DNA of 64,000 nucleotides from the IMG/VR virus record IMGVR_UViG_3300023179_000032, positions 32,001-96,000 of that record. The stretch is one strand, 5' to 3'. Shown here in pieces: positions 29,853 to 38,514 of this stretch. The position numbers and the translations under genes were made by a program. The DNA is from a virus. The notes under the pieces were generated by a model that was not told the DNA's origin, did not search any database, and saw only the letters and a program-made list of their open reading frames with translations. Within the stretch, counting starts at the first letter, position 1; every line of letters starts with the position of its first letter.

Positions 29853-32383
29853 TACTGAAATCCTCCTTCTGAATCCACTATTAATCTTTCTTCATCTGAT
29901 TCTGGTGGGGCTTGGAATGTCTGTCCTGTATAACCTTCATTTTGACTTTCCATTTCATTACTGCCACCTAGACCTGATTCTGCTTGATCCTGATTTGGTA
30001 TTCTTGATAATTCTAATGTTTGTGCAAATAATCCTCGGTCAAAAGTGCTTTCTAACATATTGACCTTGTATAGCCCGCTTATTATGGGTACAGCTTTTGG
30101 TCCAGGAAAATCATACATATGTCCGTTAATATCAACAGGATTTCTAAAATTTATATTAATATAAACCATGCTACGTTCATAGTTTATTGCACCATCTTTA
30201 TTGATATCATCATTAGTAGTACCTTGAGCTGTGTAATTACCAAAACCACTATCACCTAAATAGAATGGATCACCTAGAATTTTCATTGTTACAGTGATCA
30301 TATCCCCACCTTGATTAATAGCATTTTGAAATTGATGCACAATAATAGTACCAGCATCTTGTGGCATTATACCACCACCAGTTTTTTTATATTCTGTTTC
30401 ACTTGGTCTTACTAATAACTTAGTAGCTGAACTACCAATTTGTACATCACCATGTTTACCCTGTTTATATTCTTCTGTAGCATCATATAGAGTACCATCT
30501 TCTCTGCGTCTAAAATTAGTAACCTTACCACCTTCTACATGAGCTGAGGTAGTGGGTGTTGCTGTAGTGGCATTTCTATCACGTTGTTTAGCATCTTGAT
30601 TATTAGTTCCTGCATCTGATACTGTGGCTGTATAAAATGTTGCAGCGAATTTTATTTGAAAGTCTAAAATTTCTGTGTTTTTTCCAGTGTAAAAATAGTT
30701 ATATTCTTTCAGTGCTTGTTCTTTTTCTAATTTAATATCTAAAGGCTTAGCTCCTGATGGCATAAAAAGAGCTCTACTTACTCTAAAAGGTACTATTCTA
30801 AACACTGTAACTGTGGGCATTCTACCAGTAGTATTCATATTAGCATTAGTATCCAAGAGATAGTACTGGCTGCTAATTTTATACCAATCTATTTTATCAC
30901 CTTGTATATTTTCTGGCTGTAGAGCAGATATTCCATAATAACTACTGCTGATAACTTCATTAATGATAGTGCTAATCTGTGTACCTTGTTTAAAGTGTGC
31001 CTGACCTTTGTCACTTTCTATTTTTAATTGGCCACGTGTGAAAACTTTTTTATCTTTATCCCATGTAATATTATCTTTACCAAATATAGCCTCTACTTTT
31101 CTTCTATCTGTAAATCCTAAACTGGCCTTGCCTATTGGATTCACTCCACTTTTTTGTACATAATTTCCAGTATCTCCGGCTAATTCTAATCCTAATTTTT
31201 TAAAAACATTGCCTTGTCTTTCACCTGGGCTTATAGTGGCTCCAGTAGGACTACTAGTATCATCAGTTGAATTAGACTCTTTAATAGTACTAGTATCAGT
31301 AGGAAATAAAATAATAACTTTATCTGGTATAGGTATTTTGTTTTTTAAGGCCTGTTCTAGTAATAAATCATTTATTGTTCTTTGCAAACTATGTACACCA
31401 GTCTGTAACATTTCTTGAACAGTGCTTCCCTGTATGTTCATGTCAGTTTTGATGGAACTAATTTCTTCACTGTATGCTTCATCATTCCATGCTACTGCTG
31501 AACAATCATATTGACTACCTCTATCAGTAACTTTTAATTCAATATTAGTAATTTTTATAGGAAAATGTCTAACATTTATTACCTTGTCTTGAAATTGCAT
31601 GTCTGGGCCATAGTGACCCTTAAATTCTAATGTCAACAAAACAGGCATAACTACCCAGTTTTCATATCCTTCTAGGGCAGCTGCCATTTGTAAACTTTGA
31701 AAAAATAATCCTATGCTATATGGTTCAAACACTGAAAATGTCATTGTGGTCGAATTAGTATTCTTAGTCATCTCATCTAAGCCAATCACGCCTGCAATTT
31801 TTACATTATCAATAAAAAAATCAAATTTACCATCTGGATTATAATCTGGTGGATTTTTATCCACATCCCCTAGTCCAGGACTAGCATAAGCAGGCAATGA
31901 CACTCTATTTTCTGGATCTGCACTACCACTCTTAAAAATAATACGACCTAATTGACCTTTTTTATAACTTTCATCAGGAAAATTTATAGCAAACGGTGAC
32001 AGTACACTTAAGGTCCAGTTATAATTTACACTAGCATAATTAGATAAAATATTACGCAAGGGTAATTCTTTAATATCAAACTCTACTTGATTTTCTTCAG
32101 CTTCTGTTAAATTAGTTTTGGTTAGTGGTGATTTTATGTTTCCGCCTATTTTTCCTGAATTTAAATCATTTACTAACTGTCCTGCCACATTATTTAAAAC
32201 TTGGCTGGGATCAATATTAAGACCACCCTTGAGTTTTTCTAATTGATTGCTTAGTCCTGCGCCTACATTTTGGGCTGCATTTTTAAGTCCTTCAAGACCA
32301 AAATCTTTTTTAACTAATTTTGATGCTGCCGATACTGCTGCTGTTGCTATAGTTGCTTTAACAACATTTTTCAATATGGTCAT
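29852..32383 (-). CDS. Probable baseplate hub protein (gp27/GPD-like, 843 aa)
   Basis: Lies between gp53 and gp5; C-terminal MKILGDP...GLYKVNMLESTFDRGLFAQTLELSR resembles hub-protein C-termini. Confidence 0.55.
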   Translation of the reverse strand: MTILKNVVKATIATAAVSAASKLVKKDFGLEGLKNAAQNVGAGLSNQLEKLKGGLNIDPSQVLNNVAGQLVNDLNSGKIGGNIKSPLTKTNLTEAEENQVEFDIKELPLRNILSNYASVNYNWTLSVLSPFAINFPDESYKKGQLGRIIFKSGSADPENRVSLPAYASPGLGDVDKNPPDYNPDGKFDFFIDNVKIAGVIGLDEMTKNTNSTTMTFSVFEPYSIGLFFQSLQMAAALEGYENWVVMPVLLTLEFKGHYGPDMQFQDKVINVRHFPIKITNIELKVTDRGSQYDCSAVAWNDEAYSEEISSIKTDMNIQGSTVQEMLQTGVHSLQRTINDLLLEQALKNKIPIPDKVIILFPTDTSTIKESNSTDDTSSPTGATISPGERQGNVFKKLGLELAGDTGNYVQKSGVNPIGKASLGFTDRRKVEAIFGKDNITWDKDKKVFTRGQLKIESDKGQAHFKQGTQISTIINEVISSSYYGISALQPENIQGDKIDWYKISSQYYLLDTNANMNTTGRMPTVTVFRIVPFRVSRALFMPSGAKPLDIKLEKEQALKEYNYFYTGKNTEILDFQIKFAATFYTATVSDAGTNNQDAKQRDRNATTATPTTSAHVEGGKVTNFRRREDGTLYDATEEYKQGKHGDVQIGSSATKLLVRPSETEYKKTGGGIMPQDAGTIIVHQFQNAINQGGDMITVTMKILGDPFYLGDSGFGNYTAQGTTNDDINKDGAINYERSMVYININFRNPVDINGHMYDFPGPKAVPIISGLYKVNMLESTFDRGLFAQTLELSRIPNQDQAESGLGGSNEMESQNEGYTGQTFQAPPESDEERLIVDSEGGFQ

Positions 32384-32686
32384 TTAAGCTCCTAAAACTC
32401 TAAACAATGTAGTTTTCTTGGGTAGATATATTTGTAAACCAGGAACAAAATCAAATATAGGATCCTGTAATACATCCAAATTTCTTTGTATGAATACCCA
32501 CCAAAGATGTGGTGTCCCATATATGTCATAGGCCAAAAGATCTGGGCGTAGAGCATATTGAGCTTCTATAGTATAAAGAAAATCATCCTTTTCTGCACTA
32601 ACAGGTCTGATGCTTAGTACATCTAGATAATTCCTAGTAATTTTGGTATTTACATAGGGGCTTGTTGGACTGTATTTTGCTGGCAT
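32384..32686 (-). CDS. gp53: Baseplate wedge protein gp53-like (LysM-like fold)
   Basis: YTIEAQYALRPDLLAYDIYGTPHLWWVFIQRN..DPIFDF..G..IYLP is the typical gp53 motif. Confidence 0.8.
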   Translation of the reverse strand: MPAKYSPTSPYVNTKITRNYLDVLSIRPVSAEKDDFLYTIEAQYALRPDLLAYDIYGTPHLWWVFIQRNLDVLQDPIFDFVPGLQIYLPKKTTLFRVLGA

Positions 32687-33708
32687 TAGATGAACCCATC
32701 CTTCACATAACCACCGCTAAGGAACGTATTTAAGTTGAAAACACGCACTCTATTCCTACTATAGATAGGTAATAAGCTAATATTGAGAGTACTTTGAGTG
32801 GGAACATGACTGTCATCATTGCCACTTTTTGAACTGATTGATCCATTATTTTGCGGTTTACTTTGGCTAACACCGTTAAACATTTTACTGACATTACTTA
32901 CAGTCCTTAACACATTTGATGCCTGTGTTAGTCCAGCTGCACTGGTCACATTGGCTAGTTTTTGTGCCATGCCACCTATGCTGCTGGTATTATCTTGAGC
33001 GAATCCACCCTCTGCTGTTCCAGGTGGATTTGTCATATTGGTTGTAATATAGTCAACTTCCTTAGGCAATGTCATACTAAAACTCTTTACTACTACTGGT
33101 ACATCTCTAAAAACATAATCACCGTAGGCATTAAAATATAAAATTATAGGCGGATTGCCAGCTGTGTTATCATCTCCGGTAAACATTTTGGTCACTCCGC
33201 GTAAAAAATGCACACAGCTTAACCAGTATTGTGCTTGAACAGCATCCTCTACATAAAAATCTCCAGAAATTGAAATTTCACTTACTCTACTATTGACATA
33301 ACTGATAAAAGTAAAATTATTATGAGTCACAGGAGTTTCGGTATAATTTGCCTGACTACTAATACTGATTGTTGGGGTGTAAGGAAAAACTAAACCTCCA
33401 GCTTTCTTCAATGGGGTAAATAAAGGACTACTAACAAATGGCATAACATTAGGGAAACTTAGTCGAACACGCCAATCAGCAGGATCATCACCAGATCCAC
33501 TTTGTGCCGTAGCAGCCTCTTTAGGAGCAAAATTGTCAGCATTTAAGGGAATATTTTTACTTCTTAGACTACTGGCGAAATTGGACAATGAACCCAAAGC
33601 ACCCACTGCACCCACTGCACCCCCTAGATTTTTGTTTAAAATACCAGTAGCTGCCCCTATAGCAGCAGTGGTAGCAGCAGCTTTTAAAGCACTATTTAGA
33701 AAACTCAT
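32686..33708 (-). CDS. Tail tube initiator / baseplate-tube cap (gp48/gp54-like)
   Basis: LVFPYTPTIS..ANY....THNN...ISISGDF and PP.IL.F.AYG..F.DVPVVVKSFS.TLP..VDY resemble tube-fold proteins; first gene of the baseplate operon. Confidence 0.6.
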   Translation of the reverse strand: MSFLNSALKAAATTAAIGAATGILNKNLGGAVGAVGALGSLSNFASSLRSKNIPLNADNFAPKEAATAQSGSGDDPADWRVRLSFPNVMPFVSSPLFTPLKKAGGLVFPYTPTISISSQANYTETPVTHNNFTFISYVNSRVSEISISGDFYVEDAVQAQYWLSCVHFLRGVTKMFTGDDNTAGNPPIILYFNAYGDYVFRDVPVVVKSFSMTLPKEVDYITTNMTNPPGTAEGGFAQDNTSSIGGMAQKLANVTSAAGLTQASNVLRTVSNVSKMFNGVSQSKPQNNGSISSKSGNDDSHVPTQSTLNISLLPIYSRNRVRVFNLNTFLSGGYVKDGFI

Positions 33709-33726
33709 ATTTGTCCCCTTGGCAAA

Positions 33727-33734
33727 TATTTATT
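33727..33734 (-). promoter_or_regulatory. T4-type late promoter (AATAAATA) for the baseplate operon
   Basis: 18 nt upstream of the ATG at 33708, with AAGGGG Shine-Dalgarno between them. Confidence 0.8.
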
Positions 33735-33762
33735 TGACTTTTAAAAGTGCGTAGTTTATAAT
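33734..33762 (+). promoter_or_regulatory. Host sigma70-type promoter (TTGACT-N17-TATAAT)
   Basis: -35 TTGACT at 33734-33739, 17-nt spacer, -10 TATAAT at 33757-33762, then AGGAG Shine-Dalgarno and the gp55 ATG at 33782. Confidence 0.85.
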
Positions 33763-33781
33763 AACTATAGGAGAGTACTAT

Positions 33782-34603
33782 ATGTCAGTAAATTATCTTA
33801 ATAATAAAGATTTATTAGAAGAAATACACAAGAGTAAAAATACATATTCGAGTTTTACACGCCCTGAATATAATCAATATGACTTGATTCTAACCAGTTT
33901 AGAGCGTATTAATATACGAACAATAGCAGAAGCTAAAAGAAATCGCGCTAAAAGATTGGGAGATGAGGAATATCATCGGAGAAGACAGGCAGGTGAAAAA
34001 ATCAAACAAAGTGAATGTGAAGTTGATTATAAAAAAATGGCCAAGACTGATCTAATATTTAGAATAATGACTTATGAACATATCCCAGTGAATAAAACAC
34101 GTAAGAAAAGTCAAAAAACTGAAGCAGATGGACACGATCGAGTAAATTTTCCACCTTTCCAACATTGGAAGTTTGATGAAAATGACGAACTCATATGCGT
34201 AGGGAAAAGTCATTGGCGAGGTGGTATAAAAAGTGGCAAGTTCAGTAAGGATCATGGACAAATAACCAACACATTGGCCCGTATGTATATCAAACTATGC
34301 GAACGTTATGCTACCCGTGGTAATGTGCGCGGCTATACCTATAACGATGAAATGCGAGCACAGGCCATACTACAACTCACACAGGTTGGACTACAATTTA
34401 ATGAAGCTAAATCGAATAATCCATTTGCTTATTTTACTGCTGCTGTTACTAATAGTTTTGTACGGATAATCAATATTGAAAAACGTAATCAAAATATTAG
34501 GGATGATATACTAGAAATGAATGATATGGCCCCAAGTTATACTAGAACTAGCAATGCTGAACACGCTGCTAGCCTACGTAGATTTGAAAGAGAAGAGGAA
34601 TGA
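33782..34603 (+). CDS. gp55: Late-transcription sigma factor gp55-like
   Basis: NYLNNKDLL at the N-terminus; GYTYNDEM..KSNNPFAYFTAAVTNSFVRIINIEKRNQNIRD; precedes gp47/gp46 as in T4-like phages. Confidence 0.85.
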   Translation: MSVNYLNNKDLLEEIHKSKNTYSSFTRPEYNQYDLILTSLERINIRTIAEAKRNRAKRLGDEEYHRRRQAGEKIKQSECEVDYKKMAKTDLIFRIMTYEHIPVNKTRKKSQKTEADGHDRVNFPPFQHWKFDENDELICVGKSHWRGGIKSGKFSKDHGQITNTLARMYIKLCERYATRGNVRGYTYNDEMRAQAILQLTQVGLQFNEAKSNNPFAYFTAAVTNSFVRIINIEKRNQNIRDDILEMNDMAPSYTRTSNAEHAASLRRFEREEE

Positions 34604-35610
34604 GTTTATTTAAAAAGGCAGCATTTTTTACAGACATACACTTTGGCTTAAAAAGCAATAGCCAAACACACAATCAAGACTGTGAAGATTTTGTAGATTG
34701 GTTTATTGCCACTGCTAAAAAGAATAGATGTGATACTGGATTCTTTTTAGGTGATTGGCATCATAATCGAAACAGTCTTAATATTGTTACTATGGATTAT
34801 AGTCTTAGGGCTTTGGAAAAACTGGGCAAGGCATTTGACCAGTTCTTTTTCTTTCCTGGTAATCATGATCTTTATTATAAAGATAAACGAGATATCCATA
34901 GTGTAGAGTTTGGCAAATATATACCAGGGATCACAATAGTGCATCAGCCTATGACCTTAGGCGAAGTTACTATGTGTCCTTGGCTTGTAGGTGAAGAGTG
35001 GAAAACTGTGGGCAAGAAAGATGCCCGTTATATATTTGGTCATTTTGAACTGCCCAGTTTTTATATGAATGCCATGGTACAGATGCCTGATCACGGTGAA
35101 ATACAACTTGATCAGTTTAAACGGTATGAACTTGGCCTAAGTGGACATTTTCATAAACGCCAAAATAAACAGAATATGCACTATATTGGTAATGCTTTTC
35201 CGCATAACTACGCAGATGCTTGGGATGATGACAGAGGCATGATGATCTTAGAGTGGGGCAGTGAGCCAGAATATCACGCTTGGCCTGACCAACCTACATT
35301 CAGAACTGTCAAATTGACTCAACTTATAGATGAACAAGATGCTATAATAAAACCTAAACAATATCTTAGAGTATTATTAGACGTGGATATCAGTTATGAA
35401 GAAAGCGGACACATTAAGGAAGAATTTTTTAACAAATATGAGATTAGGGAGTTAACTTTGATTCCAGAAAAACGTGAAGTTGAATTTGCTAGTGATTTGG
35501 AAATTAAACAATTTGAAAGTGTAGATCAAATTGTTATGAATCAATTGACCAGTGTGGAAAGTGATACCTACAATGTTAAACTATTAATGGACATTTATAA
35601 CAATTTATGA
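34600..35610 (+). CDS. gp47: Recombination endonuclease subunit gp47 (Mre11/SbcD-like)
   Basis: Metallophosphoesterase motifs FTDIHFG, FLGDWHH, GNHD, GHFE and SGHFH. Confidence 0.92.
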   Translation: MSLFKKAAFFTDIHFGLKSNSQTHNQDCEDFVDWFIATAKKNRCDTGFFLGDWHHNRNSLNIVTMDYSLRALEKLGKAFDQFFFFPGNHDLYYKDKRDIHSVEFGKYIPGITIVHQPMTLGEVTMCPWLVGEEWKTVGKKDARYIFGHFELPSFYMNAMVQMPDHGEIQLDQFKRYELGLSGHFHKRQNKQNMHYIGNAFPHNYADAWDDDRGMMILEWGSEPEYHAWPDQPTFRTVKLTQLIDEQDAIIKPKQYLRVLLDVDISYEESGHIKEEFFNKYEIRELTLIPEKREVEFASDLEIKQFESVDQIVMNQLTSVESDTYNVKLLMDIYNNL

Positions 35611-37379
35611 TTAAGATACAGGATCTTAGTGTTAAGAATTTTATGAGCGTGGGTAATAATACCCAAGCCGTCGACTTCGGCCGAGAGCAATTAACTTTAG
35701 TATTAGGCGAAAATTTAGATCAAGGAGGTGATGATTCAGGAAGCCGTAATGGTACCGGGAAAACCACAATTGTCAATGCTCTAAGTTATGCGCTCTACGG
35801 CCAAGCATTAACCAACATCAAGAAAGATAACTTAGTCAATAAAACTAATGGCAAAGCCATGTTGGTCAAGTTAAACTTTGAAAAGAATGGTGTTGAATAT
35901 CGTATTGAACGTGGACGTAGGCCTAATGTGTTTAAGTTTTTTGTCAATGGCTTAGAACAAGAAGTCATTGATGAAAGTCAAGGTGATGTAAGAGAAACAC
36001 AGAAAGACTTAGATGAACTACTAGGTATGAGCCATGATATGTTTAAGCATATTGTGGCATTAAACACATACACAGAGCCATTTCTAAGTATGAGGGCTGC
36101 GGATCAACGTATGATCATTGAGCAATTATTAGGTATTACCCTGCTCAGTGATAAGAGTGAAAGTTTAAAAAATCAAATAAAAGAAACTAAGGATGCTATA
36201 CAGCAAGAATCTGCTAATATTGAAGCAGTCAAACGCAGTAATGAACGTATTGAACAAAGTATAAACAGTCTACTTTCTAAACAACGTGCTTGGCTCAGTC
36301 AACAAGAACAGGATTTAGAAAAGATTGCTAATAGTATTTTAGAATTACAGAGTATAGACATTGAACAAGAACTGGAACAACATAATAAATTAAAAAGTTA
36401 TCTTGAACTAAGTGCTCGTATTAATAGTTTGAACAAGGAAAAGGCCACATTAGAGACTGCTGTTAGTCAGGCTGAACGTAATGTTAAGAATTATACTGTT
36501 GAATTAAAAAAATTAGCCAATAATAAATGTTCCAAGTGTGATCAAAACTTGCCAGGACATATGCACGATGAACTAAAAGCCGAGGCTGAAAACAATTTAG
36601 ATGAAGCACAAACTTATCTTAACAATGTAGATTTTAAATTAACCAATGTGGTAGCAGAATTAGATGAGATTGGTGATATAAATGGCAGACCTCAAACATT
36701 TTATGATACAATAGAAGAAGCATTAAAGCATCAAAACAATCTTGCTACACTGGAAAAAACTCTACTAAGTCGTAGTGAAGAACGGGACCCATATCAAGAA
36801 CAGATAGATGAACTGCGTAGTACAGCCATACAGGAAATTAGTTGGGACAATGTTAACCAACTTACTGAACTAAAAGAACATCAAGAATTTTTACTTAAAT
36901 TATTGACCAGTAAGGATAGTTTTATTCGTAAAAAGATCATTGATCAGAACTTGGCCTACTTGAATAATAGGTTAAGTTATTATTTGGATCGTATGGGACT
37001 ACCCCATCAGGTTAGTTTTTTAAATGATCTTAATGTGGAAATCACACAGTTAGGACAGGATTTAGACTTTGATAACTTAAGCAGAGGTGAACGTAATAGA
37101 TTAATCTTAGGATTAAGTTGGGCATTTAGAGATGTATGGGAAAGCCTATACCAGAATATTAATCTGTTGTTTATTGACGAACTTATTGACAATGGCTTAG
37201 ATGCCAGCGGTGTTGAAAGTGCTCTAGCAGTATTAAAGAAAATGGCCAGAGAACGCAATAAGAATATCTACTTGATCAGTCATAAGGATGAACTAGTTGG
37301 ACGAGTAAACAATGTATTAAAAGTTATTAAGGAAAATGGTTATACCAGTTATGCTAACGACTTGGAGATCATGGGGTGA
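35607..37379 (+). CDS. gp46: Recombination endonuclease subunit gp46 (Rad50/SbcC-like ATPase)
   Basis: Walker A SRNGTGKTT, coiled coil with CSKC zinc hook, signature LSRGE, Walker B LLFIDE and H-loop ISH. Confidence 0.93.
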   Translation: MIKIQDLSVKNFMSVGNNTQAVDFGREQLTLVLGENLDQGGDDSGSRNGTGKTTIVNALSYALYGQALTNIKKDNLVNKTNGKAMLVKLNFEKNGVEYRIERGRRPNVFKFFVNGLEQEVIDESQGDVRETQKDLDELLGMSHDMFKHIVALNTYTEPFLSMRAADQRMIIEQLLGITLLSDKSESLKNQIKETKDAIQQESANIEAVKRSNERIEQSINSLLSKQRAWLSQQEQDLEKIANSILELQSIDIEQELEQHNKLKSYLELSARINSLNKEKATLETAVSQAERNVKNYTVELKKLANNKCSKCDQNLPGHMHDELKAEAENNLDEAQTYLNNVDFKLTNVVAELDEIGDINGRPQTFYDTIEEALKHQNNLATLEKTLLSRSEERDPYQEQIDELRSTAIQEISWDNVNQLTELKEHQEFLLKLLTSKDSFIRKKIIDQNLAYLNNRLSYYLDRMGLPHQVSFLNDLNVEITQLGQDLDFDNLSRGERNRLILGLSWAFRDVWESLYQNINLLFIDELIDNGLDASGVESALAVLKKMARERNKNIYLISHKDELVGRVNNVLKVIKENGYTSYANDLEIMG

Positions 37380-37636
37380 AACCTCCACGTGATGAAGAAC
37401 TCCATGATCAGTTAATGGATGCATTTAGGAGATATTACAAGGCAAATCAAGAATGGGTTGAGAAAGGCACACGTAGGGCAGGATTAAAAACTAGAAAACT
37501 ACTTAGTGAAATTAGGCATATTGCTATAGAACGTCGTGAAGTAATCATGCAATGGCGTTATGAAATAGATAGAGAAAAGGCAGAACGTAAGGCACTTCAA
37601 AAGGCAAAGAATAAAAAGGTCGATGACAATATATAA
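37376..37636 (+). CDS. Small basic putative nucleoid/DNA-binding protein (histone H1/Hc1-like)
   Basis: GTG start overlapping the gp46 stop; F..Y......EKG...AG..TRK.L.EI pattern with a Lys/Arg-rich tail. The family call is from memory. Confidence 0.5.
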   Translation: MKPPRDEELHDQLMDAFRRYYKANQEWVEKGTRRAGLKTRKLLSEIRHIAIERREVIMQWRYEIDREKAERKALQKAKNKKVDDNI

Positions 37637-38077
37637 TTGATGTCATGGACTCATCAAGGCCAATTAGTTACAGAAATTCCAGAAGAGTATATAGGCTTCG
37701 TTTATCTTATTACGAATACACAGTCAGGCCGTATGTATATAGGCAAAAAGTTGGCACAATTTGCAAAAACAACTTACAAAATAGTAAAACTAAAAAATGG
37801 TACTAAAAAACGTAAGCGAATCAGAGGCAAAGTAGCAAGCGATTGGCGAGATTATTATGGCAGCAATGATGAACTCAAGGCAGATGTACAGAGATTAGGC
37901 ACTGAAAATTTCACAAGAGAAATATTATATTATTGTACCAGTAAGTCAGAATGTAGTTACGTTGAGGCAAGAGAACAATTTTCAAGGCGTGTATTAGAAT
38001 CAGACGATTACTATAACGGGCACATTCAGGTCAGAGTTCACGGCAAATATATTAAAGGCAAAATATTACACGGTTAA
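37637..38077 (+). CDS. Stand-alone GIY-YIG family endonuclease (catalytic domain only, 146 aa)
   Basis: GFVYLITN..GRMYIGKK motif, YYGSN (YxGS), catalytic Glu in YVEAREQF and YYNGHI; carries a basic insert KLKNGTKKRKRIRGK. Confidence 0.85.
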   Translation: MMSWTHQGQLVTEIPEEYIGFVYLITNTQSGRMYIGKKLAQFAKTTYKIVKLKNGTKKRKRIRGKVASDWRDYYGSNDELKADVQRLGTENFTREILYYCTSKSECSYVEAREQFSRRVLESDDYYNGHIQVRVHGKYIKGKILHG

Positions 38078-38082
38078 GGCTA

Positions 38083-38414
38083 GGCACTGGCCAATTTCAG
38101 GTGCCCCTATACCTGGACCACGAGTCGCAGGGATGGAAAACTCACCGCCGTAGTGAGTACTCAGCCACTACCCGCAAGGATGACGATCACTTAAATGCCG
38201 TGATTTGGCTGTTTGAACAGGATTAAAAGGCTAAAAGACGCTGTAAAAACGCAGCACGTTAGTATATGGTGATAGCATACTATATAGTAACCGCCGTTGT
38301 ATGAAGACTGTGCTCGAGGTACCGGACAACCGCCTCTGTAACGCACTAATGCTATGGACTGAGCAACTCGCATAATGTTCCTTTCGCCCTCGGATGGGCG
38401 AAGAGTGACGTCAC
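38083..38414 (+). ncRNA. Putative large structured non-coding RNA immediately downstream of the GIY-YIG gene
   Basis: GC-rich island in an AT-rich genome, with consecutive stems GGCAC/GTGCC, CCTG-GAC/GTC-CAGG, ACTCAC/GTGAGT, CAGCCA/TGGCTG (enclosing CC-GCAA-GG and ATCAC/GTGAT), GCTG/CAGC, TAGTAT/ATACTA, GAGG-CGG/CCG-CCTC and TTCGCCC/GGGCGAA. No credible ORF. Folded by eye; strand assumed from the GNRA loop and the operon direction. Confidence 0.6.
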
Positions 38415-38430
38415 AATCTGCATAATATAT

Positions 38431-38480
38431 AAAAACAAAAGAAGAAAGAAAAAGTTTTTAGGACGATAAGTCCTAAAAAA
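38431..38480 (-). terminator. Probable intrinsic terminator for leftward transcription
   Basis: 10-bp stem TTTTTAGGAC/GTCCTAAAAA (38455-38479), followed on the minus strand by CTTTTTCTTTCTTCTTTTGTTTTT. Confidence 0.6.
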
Positions 38481-38506
38481 GAGTGAGCGTAGCTTCACTC
38501 TCACCG

Positions 38507-38514
38507 TATAAATA
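38507..38514 (+). promoter_or_regulatory. T4-type late promoter (TATAAATA), probably giving a leaderless mRNA
   Basis: Perfect consensus only 4 nt upstream of the ATG at 38519; no Shine-Dalgarno. Confidence 0.8.

Noticed and set aside
37637-38077. GIY-YIG gene as an intron-encoded or mobile homing endonuclease insertion
   Set aside because: It is intergenic, directly abuts the upstream gene, lacks a C-terminal DNA-binding domain and has no flanking exon halves; simple homing is not excluded but is not supported.
38191-38373. 60-aa minus-strand ORF within the structured non-coding island
   Set aside because: No ribosome-binding site or recognisable motif; the sequence is better explained by RNA stems, and a leftward terminator lies just upstream of it.
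38083-38414. Group I intron, RNase P, tmRNA or tRNA identity for the structured region
   Set aside because: It does not interrupt a gene, and I could not find the group I P7/S consensus, RNase P conserved regions, a tRNA-like acceptor or a T-loop. Left unassigned pending cmscan.
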